Below are positions 42,355-56,764 of a stretch of DNA of 64,000 nt, one piece after another (within the stretch, counting starts at the first letter, position 1; the number at the start of each line of letters is the position of its first letter). This DNA is from the human T2T-CHM13v2.0 reference genome, Homo sapiens: the NCBI RefSeq assembly GCF_009914755.1, contig NC_060947.1, one strand, 5' to 3'. A program made the translations under genes and the position numbers. The notes beneath the pieces were generated by a model. It ran no database searches, was not told the DNA's origin, and saw nothing but the letters and a program-made list of their open reading frames with translations.

Positions 42355-45300
42355 GAGGCAGAGCAAGATGGCAAAATAGAGGCCGCCCCGCCTGGGAAGT
42401 GAGGGGCGCCTCTGCCCGGCCGCCCTTCGTATGGGAGGTGGGGAGCACCTCTGCCCGGCCGCCCTGTCTGGGAATTGGGCGCCTCTGCCCGGCCGCCCCG
42501 TCTGGGAGGTGAGGGGTGCCTCTGCCCGGCCGCCCCGTCTCGGAGGTGAGGGGTGCCTCTGCCCGGCTGCCCCGCCTGGGAGGTGAGGAGCGCCTCTGCC
42601 CGGCCACCCTTCGTCTGGGAGGTGGGGAGCGCCTCTGCCCGGCTGCCCCATCTGGGAAGTGGGCGCCTCTGCCGGGCCACCCCATCTGGGAGTTGAGGGG
42701 CGTCTCTGCCCGGCTGCCCCGTCAGGGAGGTGAGGAGCGCCTCTGCCCGGCTGCCCCGTCTGGGAGGTGAGGAGCGCCTCTGCCCGGCTGTCCCATCTGG
42801 GATGTGGGGAGAGCCTCTGCCCGGCCGCTCTTTGTCTGGGAGGTGGGGAGCACCTCTGCCCGGCCACCCCGTCTGGGAGGTGAGGAGCACCTCTGCCCGG
42901 CCACCCATCATCTGGGATGGGAGGAGCACCTCTGCCCAGCTGCCACCCGTCTGGGAGGTGAGGAGCGCCTCTGTCCGGCCGCCACCCCATCTGGGAAGTG
43001 AGGTGCACCTCTGCCCGGCCGCCCCGTCTGGGAAGTGAGGAGCGCCTCTGCCCAGCCGACCATTGTCTGGGATATGAGGAGCACCTCTGCCTGGCCACCC
43101 CGTGTGGGAAGTAAGGAGCGCCTCTGCCAGCCCGCCCTGTCTGGGAAGTGTACCCAACAGCTCCGAAGAGACAGCGACCATCGAGAAGGGGCCATGATGA
43201 CGATGGCGGTTTTGTCAAAAAGAAAAGGGGGAAATGTGGGGAAAAGAAAGAGAGATCAGATTGTTACTGTGTCTGTGTAGAAAGAAGTAGACATAGGAGA
43301 CTCCATTTTGTTCTGTACTAAGAAAAATTCTTCTGCCTTGGGATGCTGTTAATCTATAACCTTACCCCCAACCCCGTGCTCTCTGAAACATGTGCTGTGT
43401 CCACTCAGGGCTAAATGGATTAAGGGTGGTACAAGATGTGCTTTGTTAAACAGATGCTTGAAGACAGCATGCTCGTTAAGAGTCATCACCACTCTCTAAT
43501 CTCAAATACCCAGGGACACAAACAGGGCCAAAGGCCGCAGGGACCTCTGCCTAGGAAAACCAGAGACCTTTGTTCTCGTGTTTATCTGCTGACCTTCTCT
43601 CCACTATTATCCTATGACGCTGCCACATCCCCCTCTCTGAGAAACACCCAAGAATGATCAATACTAAAAAAAAAAAAAAAAAAAAAGATGGCAGAATAGA
43701 AGTCTCCACCAATCATCCTCCCCAAACCCCACTGCAAGGACATAAAGTTAACAACTATCCACACAAAAAAGCACATTCATAAGAACCAAAAATCAGATGA
43801 CCACTCACCTTATCTGGTTTTAACTTCATATCACTGAAAGAGACACTGAAGAGACAGAAAAAACAGTCTTGAATCGGCAACAGCACTCCTCCTCCATCCC
43901 CACAACAGCAATGGCAGGGTGTGGAGAGCATCTCTGGGCACTGGGGGATGGGAGAACCCAGTAATTGTGAGGCACTGAACTCAGTGCTCTCCTGTTATAG
44001 CAGAAAGGAAAACTGGACCAAACTCTGCTGATGCTCACCCACAGAGGAGGGTTTAAACCAGTCCTAGCCAGAGGGGAATCGCCGATCCCAGTCGTCCAAA
44101 CTTGAGTTTAGCAAACCTCGCCACCACAGGCTAAAGTCCTCTGGGGTTCTAAATAAACTCAAAAGGCAATCTAGGCCACAAGGACTGTAACCCCTAGGTG
44201 AGTCCTAGTGCTAAGCTGGGCAAAGTGACAGTGGACTGGGGCATGTGACCTACTGAGACACCAACAAAGGTGGCTAAAGGAATGTTGACATCACCCCTCC
44301 CCTAACCCGAGGCTACACAGCTCACAACTCCAAAACAGACCCATTTCTTCTGCCTAAATAGAGGAGAGAGAAGAGTGGGGAGTATTTTGTCTTGCATATT
44401 GGATACCAGCTCAGACACAGCAGAATAGGACACTAGTCAGAGTTCTGAGGTACCCTCTCCAGGCCCTAGCTCCTGGACAACAATACACACCATGGGCCAC
44501 AAGGGAATCTGCTACCTTGAAGGAAAGAACCCGGTCCTCGCATCATTCATCACATACTAACTGAAGAGGCCTTGGGCCCTGAATAAGCAGCAGTGATACC
44601 CAGGTACTATGTTGAAGGCTCTGGATGAGAGTCTGAGACTTGCTAGCTTCAGGTGAGACTCAGCACATTCCCAGCTGTGGTGGCTATAGGGCAAGAATCA
44701 TTGTGCTTACAAAAAGCAAAGGGAAAAGTAAAGTGGACGTAAAGTGGACTTTCTATTGCACCTAAGGTACCAGCTCAGCCACAGGAGAGTGGAGCATCAA
44801 GTGGGCTCTTGGGGATCCCAATTCTAGGACTTGGCTCCTACACAGCATTTCTGGACCTGCCCTGGGCCAGAAGGGAGCCCACTGCCCTGAAGGGTGGGTC
44901 CCAGGCCAGGCAGCATTCACCACAAGCTGGTTTAAGAGCCCTTGGGCCTTAAAGGAACATAGGCAATAGCCTGGCAGAACTCCCCATGGGCCTGTGGTGG
45001 TGATGACCATAGGGAGAGGCTGCTCTGCTTTCAGAGAGGAAAGGGACGAGTAGAAAGGACTATGTCCACTGGTTTGGGTGCCGGATCAGTCACAGTACAA
45101 TAGAATACCAGGTAAACGTCTAATATTTTTGAACCTAGTCCCTGGCTCCCAGACAGCCCCTCTGGAACTCCCTGTGGCCTGGGGAAACTCAGTAACCTAA
45201 AAGAAAGGATACAGACCTGGCTGCCTTTGCCTTATGCTGACTGTAGAGCCTCAGGGCCTTGAGCAAACATAGGCAGTAGCCAAGAAGTGGTTACAGCAGG

Positions 45301-48300
45301 CTTTGGGTGAGACTGAGTGTGCTGGCTTCAGGTCAGACCCAGCAGTCATAGTGGAGGTGGCCACAGGGGTGCTTGTGTCACTCCATAACCAGCTTAGGTG
45401 ACTCAGAACAGAGAGACCTTCTTTGTTTTAGACAAAGTAAGGGAAAAGAACAAGAGTCTCTACCTAATAATCCAGAGAATTCTCCCAGATCTTATCCAAG
45501 ACCATCAAGGTAGTACCTTTGCAAGTCTGTAAGAACCACAGCAACACAGGGCTGGGGTATCCCCTAAAGCAGATATAGCTTATATTACAACACCCAAATC
45601 CTTACAAATATCTAGAAAGCTTTCCCAAGAAGGAAGGGTACAAACAAGCCCAAATGCAAAGACTAAAATGAATACATAACTCTTCAACGGCCAGACACAG
45701 ATGAACAACTAGAAGCATCAGGATGATCCAAGGAAACATTACCTCACTAAATGAACTAAATAGGTCATCAGGGACCAATCCTGGAGAAACTGAAGTATCT
45801 GACCTCTCAGACACAGAATTCAAAATAGCTGTGTTAAGCAAACTCAAAGAAATTCAAGATAACACAGAGAAGGAATTCAGAATTCTATCAGATAAATTTA
45901 ACAAAGAGATTGAAATAATTTAAAAGAATCAAGTAGAAATTATGAAGCTGAAAAATGCAACTGGCATACTAATGCATCACAGTTCTTTAATAACAGAATG
46001 GATCAAGCAGAAGGAAGAATTAGTGAGCTTCAAGACAGGCTGTTTGAAAATACACAATCAGAGGAAACAGATAAAAAATAAAAAACAATGAAGCACACCT
46101 AAAGGATCTAGCAAATACTTTCAAAATGACAAATCTAAGTATTGTTGGCCTTAAAGAAAGGGTAGAGAAAGAGACAGTGGAAGACAGTTTATTCAAAGGG
46201 ATAATAACAGAGAACTTCCCAAACCTACAGAAATATATCAACGTCCAAGTACAAGAAGGTTATAGAACACCATGCAGATTTAACCCAAAGAAGACTACCT
46301 CAACACATGTAATAATAAAACTCCCAAAGGTCAAGGATAAATAGAGGATCCTAAAAGCAGCAAGAGACATAAAACAAATAACACAAAATGGAGCTCCAAT
46401 ATGCCTGGCAGCAGACTTTCAGTGGAAACCTTACAGGCCAAGAGAGAATGGCATCACATATCTAAAGTGCTGAAGAAAAAATACTTTTATCCTAGAATCA
46501 TATATCCGGTGAAAATATCCTTCAAATATGAAGGGGAAGTAAAGATTTTCCCAAACAAAAGCTGAAGGATTTCATCAACACCAGATCTGTCCTACAAGAA
46601 ATGCTAAAGGGAATACTTCAATCAGAAAAGAAAGGACATTAATGATCAATAAATAATCACGAGAAGGTACAAAACTTACTGGTAATAGTAAGTACACAGA
46701 AAAATACATAATATTATAACACTGTAATGGTGATATATAAACTACCCTTATACTAAGTAGAAAGATCAAAGGATGAACAAATCAAGAATCATAACTACAA
46801 CAACTTTTCACAACATAGTCAGTACAATAAGATATAAATAGAAACATAAAAAGTGAAAAAAGTTAGGGGAGAAAGTAAAGGTGTACAGCTTTTAATAGTT
46901 TTCTTTTTGCTTGTTTGTTTATGCAAATAGTGTTACATTGTTATCAGGTAAAAATAATGGGTTATACGATAGTATTTGCAAGCTTCATGGTAACCTCAAA
47001 ACAAAAAACATGCAATGGATGCACAAAAAATAAAAAGCAAGAAACTAAAATATATCACCAGAGAAAATAATCTTCCCAAAAAGAAAACAGGAGGAAAAGA
47101 AAGAAGGAAGGGAAGACCACAAAACATTCAGAAAACAAATTATAAAATGGCATATGGAAGTCCTTACTTATCAATAATAACATTGAATGTAAACGGACTA
47201 AACTCTCCAATCAAAAGACACAGGCTGACTGAATGGATTAAAAAGGCAAGATCCACTGATCTGTTTCCTACAAGAAACACTATCTATAAAAACACACATA
47301 AACTGAAAATAAAGGGATGGAAAAAGATATTCCATGCCAATGGAAACCAAAAAAAGAGCAGCAGTCACTATACTTAGACCACACAAAATAGATTTCAAGA
47401 CCAAAACTATAAGAAGACACAAAGAAGGCCACTACATAATAATAAAGAAGTCAATTCAGCAAAAGTATATAACAAGTTTAAATATATATGCACCCAATAT
47501 TGGTGTACACAGATATATGAAGCAAATATTATTAGAGCTAAAAAGAGGGATAGACTCCAATACAATAATAGCTGGAGACTTCAACACCTCATTTCAGCAC
47601 TGGACAGATTTTTCCAGACAGAAAAACATCAGAGAAACATCACATTTAATCTGCACTATAGAACAAATGGATCTAATAGACATTTATAGAATATTTTATC
47701 CAACAACATCAGAATGCATATTCTTTTCCTCAGCACATGGATCTTTCTCAAAGATAGACCACCTGATAGGTCACCAAAAAAGTCTTAAAACATTCCAAAA
47801 GACTGAAATAATATCAAGCATCTTTTCTGACCACAATGGAATAAAACTAGAAATTAATAACAAGTGGAATTTTGGAACTATAAAAATAACGGAAATTAAA
47901 CAATATGCTTCTGCATGACCAGTGGGTCAGTGAAGAGATTAAGAAAAAAAAACCTAAAATTTCTTGAAACAAATGATAAATGAAAACACAGCATACCAAG
48001 ATCTATGGGATACAGCAAAAGCAGTACTAAGAGGGAAGTTTATAGCTACTAGTGCCAACATTAAAAAAGAAGAAAATCTTCCGGTAAATAATGTAGCTAT
48101 GCATCTAAAAGAACAAGAAAAGCAAGAACAAACGAAACCCAAAATGGTAGAAGAAATGATAAATGTCACAGCAGAAATAAGTGTAATTGAAATGAAAAAA
48201 ATACAAAACATCAATGAAACGAAAAGTTGGTTTTTCAAAAAGTTAAACAAAAATGACAAACTCTAGCCTGACTGAAAAAATTAGAAAATACCAAAATAAA

Positions 48301-51290
48301 TGAAATCAGAGATTAAAATGAAGACAGCACAACTGATACTGCAGAAATTCAAATTAGCATTACCAACTACTATGAGCAACTATATGCCAATAAATAGGGA
48401 AATTAGAGAAATTGACAAATTCCTAGATACATACAACCTACCAAGATTGAACCAGGAAGACATGCAAAACCTGAACAGACCAATAAGAATTAATGAGATC
48501 AAAGCCATAGTAAAAAGTCTCTCAGTAAAGAAAAGTCCAGGACACTCTGGCTTCACTGCTGAATTCCACTAAACATTTAAAGAAGAACTAATACCAATCA
48601 TACTCAAACTATTCTCAAAGAGAGAAGGGAGGAGTACTTCTAAATTCATTCTATAAGGCCAGTATTACCCTGGTACCAAAACCAGACAAAGACACATCAA
48701 AAGAGAAAACTGCATGCCAATATCTCTGATGAATATTGATGTAAAAATCCTCAACAAAATACTCCCAAAACAATTTCAACAATACATTACAAAGATCATT
48801 CATTGTGACCAAGTTGGATTTATCCCTGGGAACCAAGGATGGTTCAACATATGCAAGTCAATCAATGTGATGCATCATATTAAGAGAATGAAGGATGAAA
48901 ACCATATGATCATTTCAATTGATGCTGAAAAAGGATTTGATGAAATTCTACATCCTTTCACGATAAAAACCCCTCAAAAACTGGTAATAGAAGAGAAACA
49001 TACATCAACATAATAAAAGCCATATATGACCTACTCACAGCTAGTATACTGAATGGAGAAAAACTGAAAGCTTTTTCTCTGAGATCTGCAACATGAAAAG
49101 GATGCTCACTTATACCACTGTTGTTCAACATAGACAACAGAAGGAAATAGGGCACCCAAATTGAAAACAAAGAGGTCAAATTATCTTTGTTTGCAAATAT
49201 GATCTTATATTTGAAAAAAACTAAAAATGCCATTAAAAACTATTGGAACCCATAAACAAACTCAGTAAAGCTGCAGAATACAAACTCAATACAAAAATCA
49301 GTAGCATCTCTATATGCTAACAGTAAACAATCTGAAAAAATATCAGAAAAGTAACCCCATTTACAATAACCACAGAAAATTAAATATCTAGGAATTAACT
49401 AAACCAAAGAAGTGAAAGATGTCTATAATAAAAACTATAAAACACTGATGAAAGTAATTGAAAAGACACCAAAAAATAGAAAAATATTCCATGTTCATGA
49501 ATTGGAAGAATCAATATTGTTAAAAATGTTCATACTACCCAAAGCGATGTACAGATTTAATGCAATTTCTATAAAAATACCAATGACATTCTTCACAGAA
49601 ATAGAAAAAGATAATCCTAAAATTTATATGGATCAACAAAAGACCAAAAATAGCCAAAGTTATTCTAAGCAAAAATAAATCTGGAGGAATCCCAATACCT
49701 GAGTTCAAATTATACTACAGAGCTATAGTAACCAAAACAGCATGATAATGGCATAAAAACAGACATATAGACAATATGAACAGAATAGAGAACACAGAAA
49801 TAAATCCACACACCTACAGCGAACTTATTTTCAACAAAGGTGCCAAGAACATATACTGCAGAAAAGACAGTCTCTTCAATAAATGGTGCTGGGAGAACTG
49901 GATATGCACATGCAGAAGAATGAAACTAAACTCCTCTCTCTCTCACAATATACAAAAATCAAATAAAAATGGATTAAAGGCTTAAATCAAGACCTCAAAC
50001 TATGAAGCTCCAACAAGAAAACATTGGGGAAAATCTCCAGGACATTGGTCTGGGCAAAAATTTCTTGAGTAATACCGCACAAGTCACAAAAGCTAAGTCA
50101 ACCAAAGCTAAAATGGACAAATGAGATCGCATCAAGTTCAAAAGCTGCATGGCAAAGGATACAATCCACAAAGTGAACAGACAACTCACAGAATGGGACA
50201 AAATATTTGCAAACTACCCATGTGACAAGGGATTAACAGCCAGAATACATAAGCAGCTCAAACAACTCTGTAGAAAAAAAATCTAACAATCCAATCAAAA
50301 CATGGGTAAAAGATTTGAATAGACATTTCTCAAAAGAAGACATACAAATGGCAAACAGGCATATGAAAAGGTGTTGAACATCATTGATCATCAGAGAAAA
50401 GCAAATCAAAACTACAAGGAGATATCATCTCACCTCAGTTAAAATAACTTTTATTTAAAAGACGGGCAATAAGAAATGCTGGCGAGGATGTGGAGAAAAG
50501 GGAACCCTTGTACGCTCTTGGTGGGAATGTAAATAAGTACACCCTCTTTGGAGAACAGTTTGGAGATTCCTCAAAAAACTAAAAATGGAGCTACCATGTG
50601 ACCCAGGTATCCCACTGCTGGGTATACACCCAAAAGAATGGAAATCAGTATATTGAAGAGGTATCTACGTTTCTATGTTTGTTGCAGCTCTGTTCACAAT
50701 AGGCAAGATTTGGAAGCAACCTGAGCAACTACCAACAGATGAATGGATAAAGAATTTGTGGTACATATACACAATGGTACATATACACTATTCAGCCATG
50801 AAAAAATGAGATCCTGTCATTTGCAACAACATGGATGTTACTGGAGATTATTATATCAAGTGAAATAAGCCAGGCACAGAAAATAAACATTGCATGTTCT
50901 CACTTATTTGTGGGATCCAAAAATCAAAACAATTGAACTCATGGAGATAGAGGGTAGAAGGATGGTTAACAGAGGCTGGGAGGGGTAGGGGAAGAGTACA
51001 GTGGAAGTGGGGATGGTGAATGGGTACCAAGAAAATAGAAAGCATGAAAAAAAAACTAGTATTTGATAGCACAACCAGGTGACTATAGTCAATAATAATT
51101 TAATTTTCCATTTAAAAATAAGAGTATAATTGGATTGTTTGTAACACTAAGGATAAATGCTTGAGGGGATGGATACCCCATTCTCCATGATGTGATTATT
51201 ACACATTGCATGCCTGTATCAAAACATCTCATATGCTCCATAAATATATAGACCTACTATGTACCCACAAAAATTAAAAATAATTTTTTA
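42355..51290 (+). mobile_element. Full-length decayed L1MA1/2-like element (L1-B): 5'UTR, ORF1 ~45700-46640, ORF2 ~47140-50900, 3'UTR
   Basis: ORF1 remnants (IITENFPNL), endonuclease motifs (IIAGDFNT, FSDHNGIKLEIN), RT motifs ([26 protein letters not shown]), all with stops/frameshifts; TSD agaatgatttt(tg/ct)aaaccc at 42335-42353 and 51292-51310. Confidence 0.93.
42381..43684 (+). mobile_element. 5'-truncated SVA (SVA_A-like): VNTR ~42381-43150, SINE-R, poly(A)
   Basis: About 19-20 GC-rich ~40-bp units (cctctgcccggccgccccgtctgggaggtgaggagcg); HERV-K-derived SINE-R; TSD aagatggca(a/g)aataga at 42365-42380 and 43685-43700. Confidence 0.95.
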
Positions 51291-51597
51291 AAGAATGATT
51301 TTCTAAACCCCATAACGGGACCTGGGTTATGTTCTGAAATGAAATCTAAAATATAACTACTGTGAGATAAACTATAGTCTTGGAAACCAACTTCTCTAAA
51401 ATGAGGAATAAAGACAGAAAATTTGTGAAAACTGAAAAGGGAGGAAGGAGGAAGGCTGTGACAAAAACTAACATTGGTTGATTACTATGTATACATTGGC
51501 CTAGGTGCTTTATATCAGTCGCATCTCAAATTACTCGATGAAATGCATTTTACTCTTTCCACTTGATAGATGCGGAAACCGAGGCTCAGAAAGATTA

Positions 51598-51911
<314 letters not shown>

Positions 51912-52460
51912 GAAATTAGGTAATAAACAACTAGTAGGTGGAAGAGCTGGCATTCCAATCCATGATTGCCTTAATCCAGAGTGTGATGCAGTAATATGTT
52001 AACGTTTACCAGAAATATTTCTGGCAAGATAATGCCCTAATTATGTTAAACTGTTATGGTTACAAACACCAAAATACTTTTGCAACCAGCTACAAAACCT
52101 AATAGGGGTATACCTTAAGTCCATTTAATTCCTATTTCTTACCAAGCAAACATGTAATGTTTGTTGCCTCCAGAATGGGCGTCCCCTGTATAAATTACTG
52201 TGGGTAGTTATCCTTCCAATGAGAGTTCTCAATGTACATTGATAAACTGGCAATTTGTGGCTTTGATTAGTAAAGAAGTCATTGAATTTGCTACCCAGCA
52301 AGTATTTACTCCATCCTGTCTACCCTGCCTTTATCCTTTCTAATGAAACCTCTAAAAGCCTCGTCCACATGCCCATGTGCTTCACTAAATTAAACAGGCA
52401 TCCCATTCCTCTAGCCAGGGAGTGTTTCAGGAATGGGAATGTCACATAATTCTGAAATAG

Positions 52461-52799
<339 letters not shown>

Positions 52800-53251
52800 T
52801 TGGGAATATTTCTTTATCCCGAATGAAAAGCACACTAACTAGGGTTCCTTGAATGAACATCTAATTTCAGAGAATGTACAAGGTAAACAGAGAATAGACA
52901 TCTTGTTTTGTCAGAAAGCAAAGGGCCTTCCAAAGATGAATGGAGTCACATAAGAATGACATAATAGCCATCAGGAAGGGTCTCCCCTTGACCAAAATTG
53001 GGAGAACTTGAGTATCAAAAGAATAAGAACTATAATTGGCTGAAAAGCTTTGAATATTTTTTTAAAACATGAGTTCAAACTAATATTTTTAAAAGAAAGT
53101 AAAAACAAAGAATCAAACTTAATTGTCACCATTACACCAACACCTTACTCTGAAAATTGGTAAAATTTAAGAGGTAACAATTTATCTTGCCTTTCTAGTA
53201 GAAATGGTACTTGAGAGTAACCTAATAAATAGCCCTAGTTGATTGCTCCTC

Positions 53252-53481
53252 GAACAGTGAGAACACATGGACACAGGAAGGGGAACATCACACTCTGGGG
53301 ACTGCCGTGGGGTTGGGGGAGGGGGGAGGGATAGCATTAGGAGATATACCTAATGCTAAATGATGAGTTAATGGATGCAGCACACCAGCATGGCACATGT
53401 ATACATATGTAACTAACCTGCACATTGTGCACAGGTACTCTAAAACGTAAAGTATAATAATAATAATAATAATAATAAAAA
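53252..53481 (+). mobile_element. Short L1PA2/3-like 3' end with (AAT)n tail, nested in old L1MC-like sequence
   Basis: gcagcacaccagcatggcacatgtatacatatgtaactaacctgcac; no TSD found. Confidence 0.9.
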
Positions 53482-54342
53482 GAATTTCAGCTAATAAATA
53501 TGGTTTTGTAAATTCTAATGAAATAATTGATTCAGGCAACTATCTTCAGTGGAAGCTAAAGCCATTAAGTGTCTCTTCTGGGTCTTCGTTGTCAGAAAAT
53601 AAATAAAGCCATTACATGAAAAGAGAAACTGGATAGTTTCATCCAGAGCCAAGGTATCAACTCCAAAATTATTTAGTAGTTGCAAGAGAAAAAATGTTAT
53701 AAAATGTTATTTTGTAATAAAAAGATTGAGCTGAAATCCCCTTATTTTAACATCACTATGTGATTGATTTTAACATCACTAAAAATGAGAAATCAGACAT
53801 TATATGACTCAGTGTAATGCAATAAATATACAGCCTCATCTCTGAAGTATTTCTTCCAAAAAATATTTAATCTGAATCTATACAACTCTTTAGATCTAAT
53901 ATCCAGTTTACAGGAAATATGGAGGACAGAGAAATGCATCAAGAAAATTCAGACAAAGCCTGAATTTGAGTCATTCTATAGGACAACAGGACTGGGCCCT
54001 TCAATACTTCAATTTTATGAGGAAAAAAAAAAGAAGACAATGTTCTAGAGTCAAGACATTCTAGAAGAGATTTAGGAGATAAAAAGAGATCTAAAGGCGA
54101 CATAGTAGATATAACAACAATATGCACTGCATAATCCTTGATTAGATTTTATGTGTCAAAAAAAACCCCAAAAAGTTAAAAGGCAAGCTAGCATAAAAAT
54201 ATTGACAAAGTATTAATGTCATTTATTTATATAGCTCTCTTAAAATCAATTTAAAAAAAACACTTCAGGTGAAAATTGGCAAAGGATATAATAGATCATA
54301 GAAACACAAATTAAAATAATTAATGTAAAAAAGACACTTTTA

Positions 54343-54487
54343 TGCTGGGCACAGTGGCTCAGGAGTCTGAGGCAGGGGAATCACTTGAACATGGAAGGTG
54401 GAGGATGCAGTGAGCCAAGATCATGCCACTGCACTCCAGCCTGGATGACAGAGCGAGACTCAGTCTCAAAAACAAACAAACAAAAAA
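54343..54487 (+). mobile_element. Internally deleted Alu (first ~18 bp joined to right arm)
   Basis: gctgggcacagtggctca|ggagtctgaggcagg; TSD aaaaaagaca(c/t)tttt. Confidence 0.85.
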
Positions 54488-55072
54488 GACATTTTTGGGA
54501 AAATTTTTAAATTTTGGAAAATTGTAAAATTTGAACACAGACTGGAATATTAGTTTCTATTAAGAAATAATTATTAAGTTTTAGGTCTGATAGTAATATT
54601 GTGATTAGTTAGGGAACTATCTTTGTTTTGTAAAGGTGCATTCTAAAGATATTTCATAATATCGGTAATTACTTTAAAATAATTTAGCAAAAAATCAAGA
54701 AAATATATTAAAATGTTAACAATGATTACATCTACATTACATCTGCATATCCATGGGTAATTTTTATATTGTTCTCTCTATTTTTCTGAGTAATTGAAAT
54801 TTCTATTTAAAAAGTGTATCTTCTACTTCTACTAGATATTGTTGTATCTGCATATGATCCTGGAAATTGAGGCAGCCATCTTCATACCATCAGAAGAGCA
54901 GGTGTGCAGGGGAAAGCTGGCATGCTAAAGATGGAAGAGTAGGAAGATGGAAAATCTGAGCCCCTGATGACATTGTTGAGAAAACCCTGGGCATCAACCT
55001 CTGGGCTTCCTAAAATGTGAGATAATACATTTTTCTTATTATTTATGCCATTTTGAATTGCATTCTGTTACT

Positions 55073-56760
55073 ACAAAACCTGGCAGACACACAACAAAGA
55101 AAGAATACTTCAGGCCAACATCTTTGATTAACATAGATGCAAAAATCCTCAACAAAATGGTTGCAAATTGAATCCAGCAGCACATCAAAAAGCTAAGTCA
55201 CCGCAATTAAGTAGGCTTTATCCCTAGGATGCACAATTGGTTCAACATATGCAAATTGATAAAAATTATTCATCACATAAACAGAACTAAAAATAAAAAC
55301 CACATGATCATGATTGTCCACATCACAATAGATGGAGAAAAGGCTTTCAATAATATTCAACATTTCTTCATGTTAAAAACTCTCAACAAACTGGGCATTG
55401 AAGGAATATACCTCAAACTCAGAGCCATCCATGACAAACCCACAGCCAACATTATACTAAATGGGCAAAAGCTGGAAGCATTCCCCTTGAAAGCTGGAAC
55501 AAGACAAGGATGTCCACTCTCATCACTCCTACTCACCATAGTACTGGAAGTCCTAGCCAAAGCAATCAGGCAAGAGAAAGAAATAAAAGGCATCAAAAAG
55601 GAAAAGAGGAAGCCAAACTATCTCTGTTTCCAGACAAAATGGGTCTATACCTATATAACCCCATAGTTTCTACCCAAAAGCTCCTGATCTGATAAACAAC
55701 TTCAGCAAAGTTTCAGAATACAAAATCAGTGTACAAAAATCAGTAGCATTTCTATACACCAACAACATCCAAGCTGAGTACCAAACCAATAATGCAATCC
55801 CATTCACAATAGACACATACAAAAAATAAAATACCTGGGAATACAGCTCACCAGGGAGGTGAAAGAGCTCTACAATGAGAATTACAAAACACTGCTGAAA
55901 AAAATCAGAGACAACATAAACAAATGAAAAAAAAATCCCATGTTCATGGATAAGAAGGATCAAAATCATTAAAATGGCCATATTGCCCAAAGCAATTTTT
56001 GAATTCAATGCTATTCCCATCAAACTACCAAAGACATTTTTCACAGAATTAGAAAAACCTATTCTAAAATTCATATGGAACCAAGAGAGAGCCTGAATAA
56101 CCAAGGAAATCCTAAGCAAAAAGAACAAAGCCAGAGGCATCACATTACCTGACTTCAAACTGTACTGCAAGGCTACAGTAACCAAAATAGCATGGCTCTA
56201 CTATAAAAACAGACACATAGACAAATAGAACAGAATAGAGAGCCCAGAAAAAAAAAAAAAAAAGAGAGAGCCCAGAACTAAAGCTGCACACCTACAACCA
56301 TCTGGCATGCATATGTTCATCACAGCACTATTCACAGTAACAAAGACATGGAATCCACCTAAATGCCCATCAATTGTAGACTGGACAAAGAAAATGTGGT
56401 ACATCCACACCACGAAATATTATGCAGCCACAAATAATGAAATCATGTCCTTTGCTGCAACATGGATGCAGACGGAGGCCATTATCCTAAGCAAACTCAC
56501 ACAGGAGCAGAATACCAAATATCTATTGAATGTTCTCACTTATAAGTGGGAGCTAAACATCGAGTACACAGAGACATCAGGAAAAGAACAATAGACTTGA
56601 CAATGGAGGATGGGAGGAGGGTGAGTACCAAAAAACTACCTATCAGGTACCATGCTTATCACCTAGGTGATGAAATAATCTGTATACCAAACCCCAGTGA
56701 CACTCTATCTATATAACAAACCTGCACATGTACCGTGAACCTAAAAGTCTAAAAAAGAAA
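55073..56760 (+). mobile_element. L1PA13-16/L1PB-like ORF2 3' part and 3'UTR with internal deletion at ~56305
   Basis: RT-region ORF 55229-55666 (GTRQGCPLS); jump from caaccatctg to gcatgcatatgttcatc. Confidence 0.88.
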
Positions 56761-56764
56761 TTAT

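Noticed and set aside
42381-43150. Regular ~40-bp repeats superficially like a CRISPR array
   Set aside because: Tandem VNTR units with no unique spacers, attached to SINE-R, in human DNA with no cas genes.
42293-43280. Long overlapping ORFs (290 and 298 aa)
   Set aside because: Translations of the stop-poor, GC-rich SVA VNTR; not genes.
45700-50900. Endonuclease and reverse transcriptase ORF fragments
   Set aside because: Frameshifted, stop-ridden L1 ORF1/ORF2; not an active element or a novel RT system.
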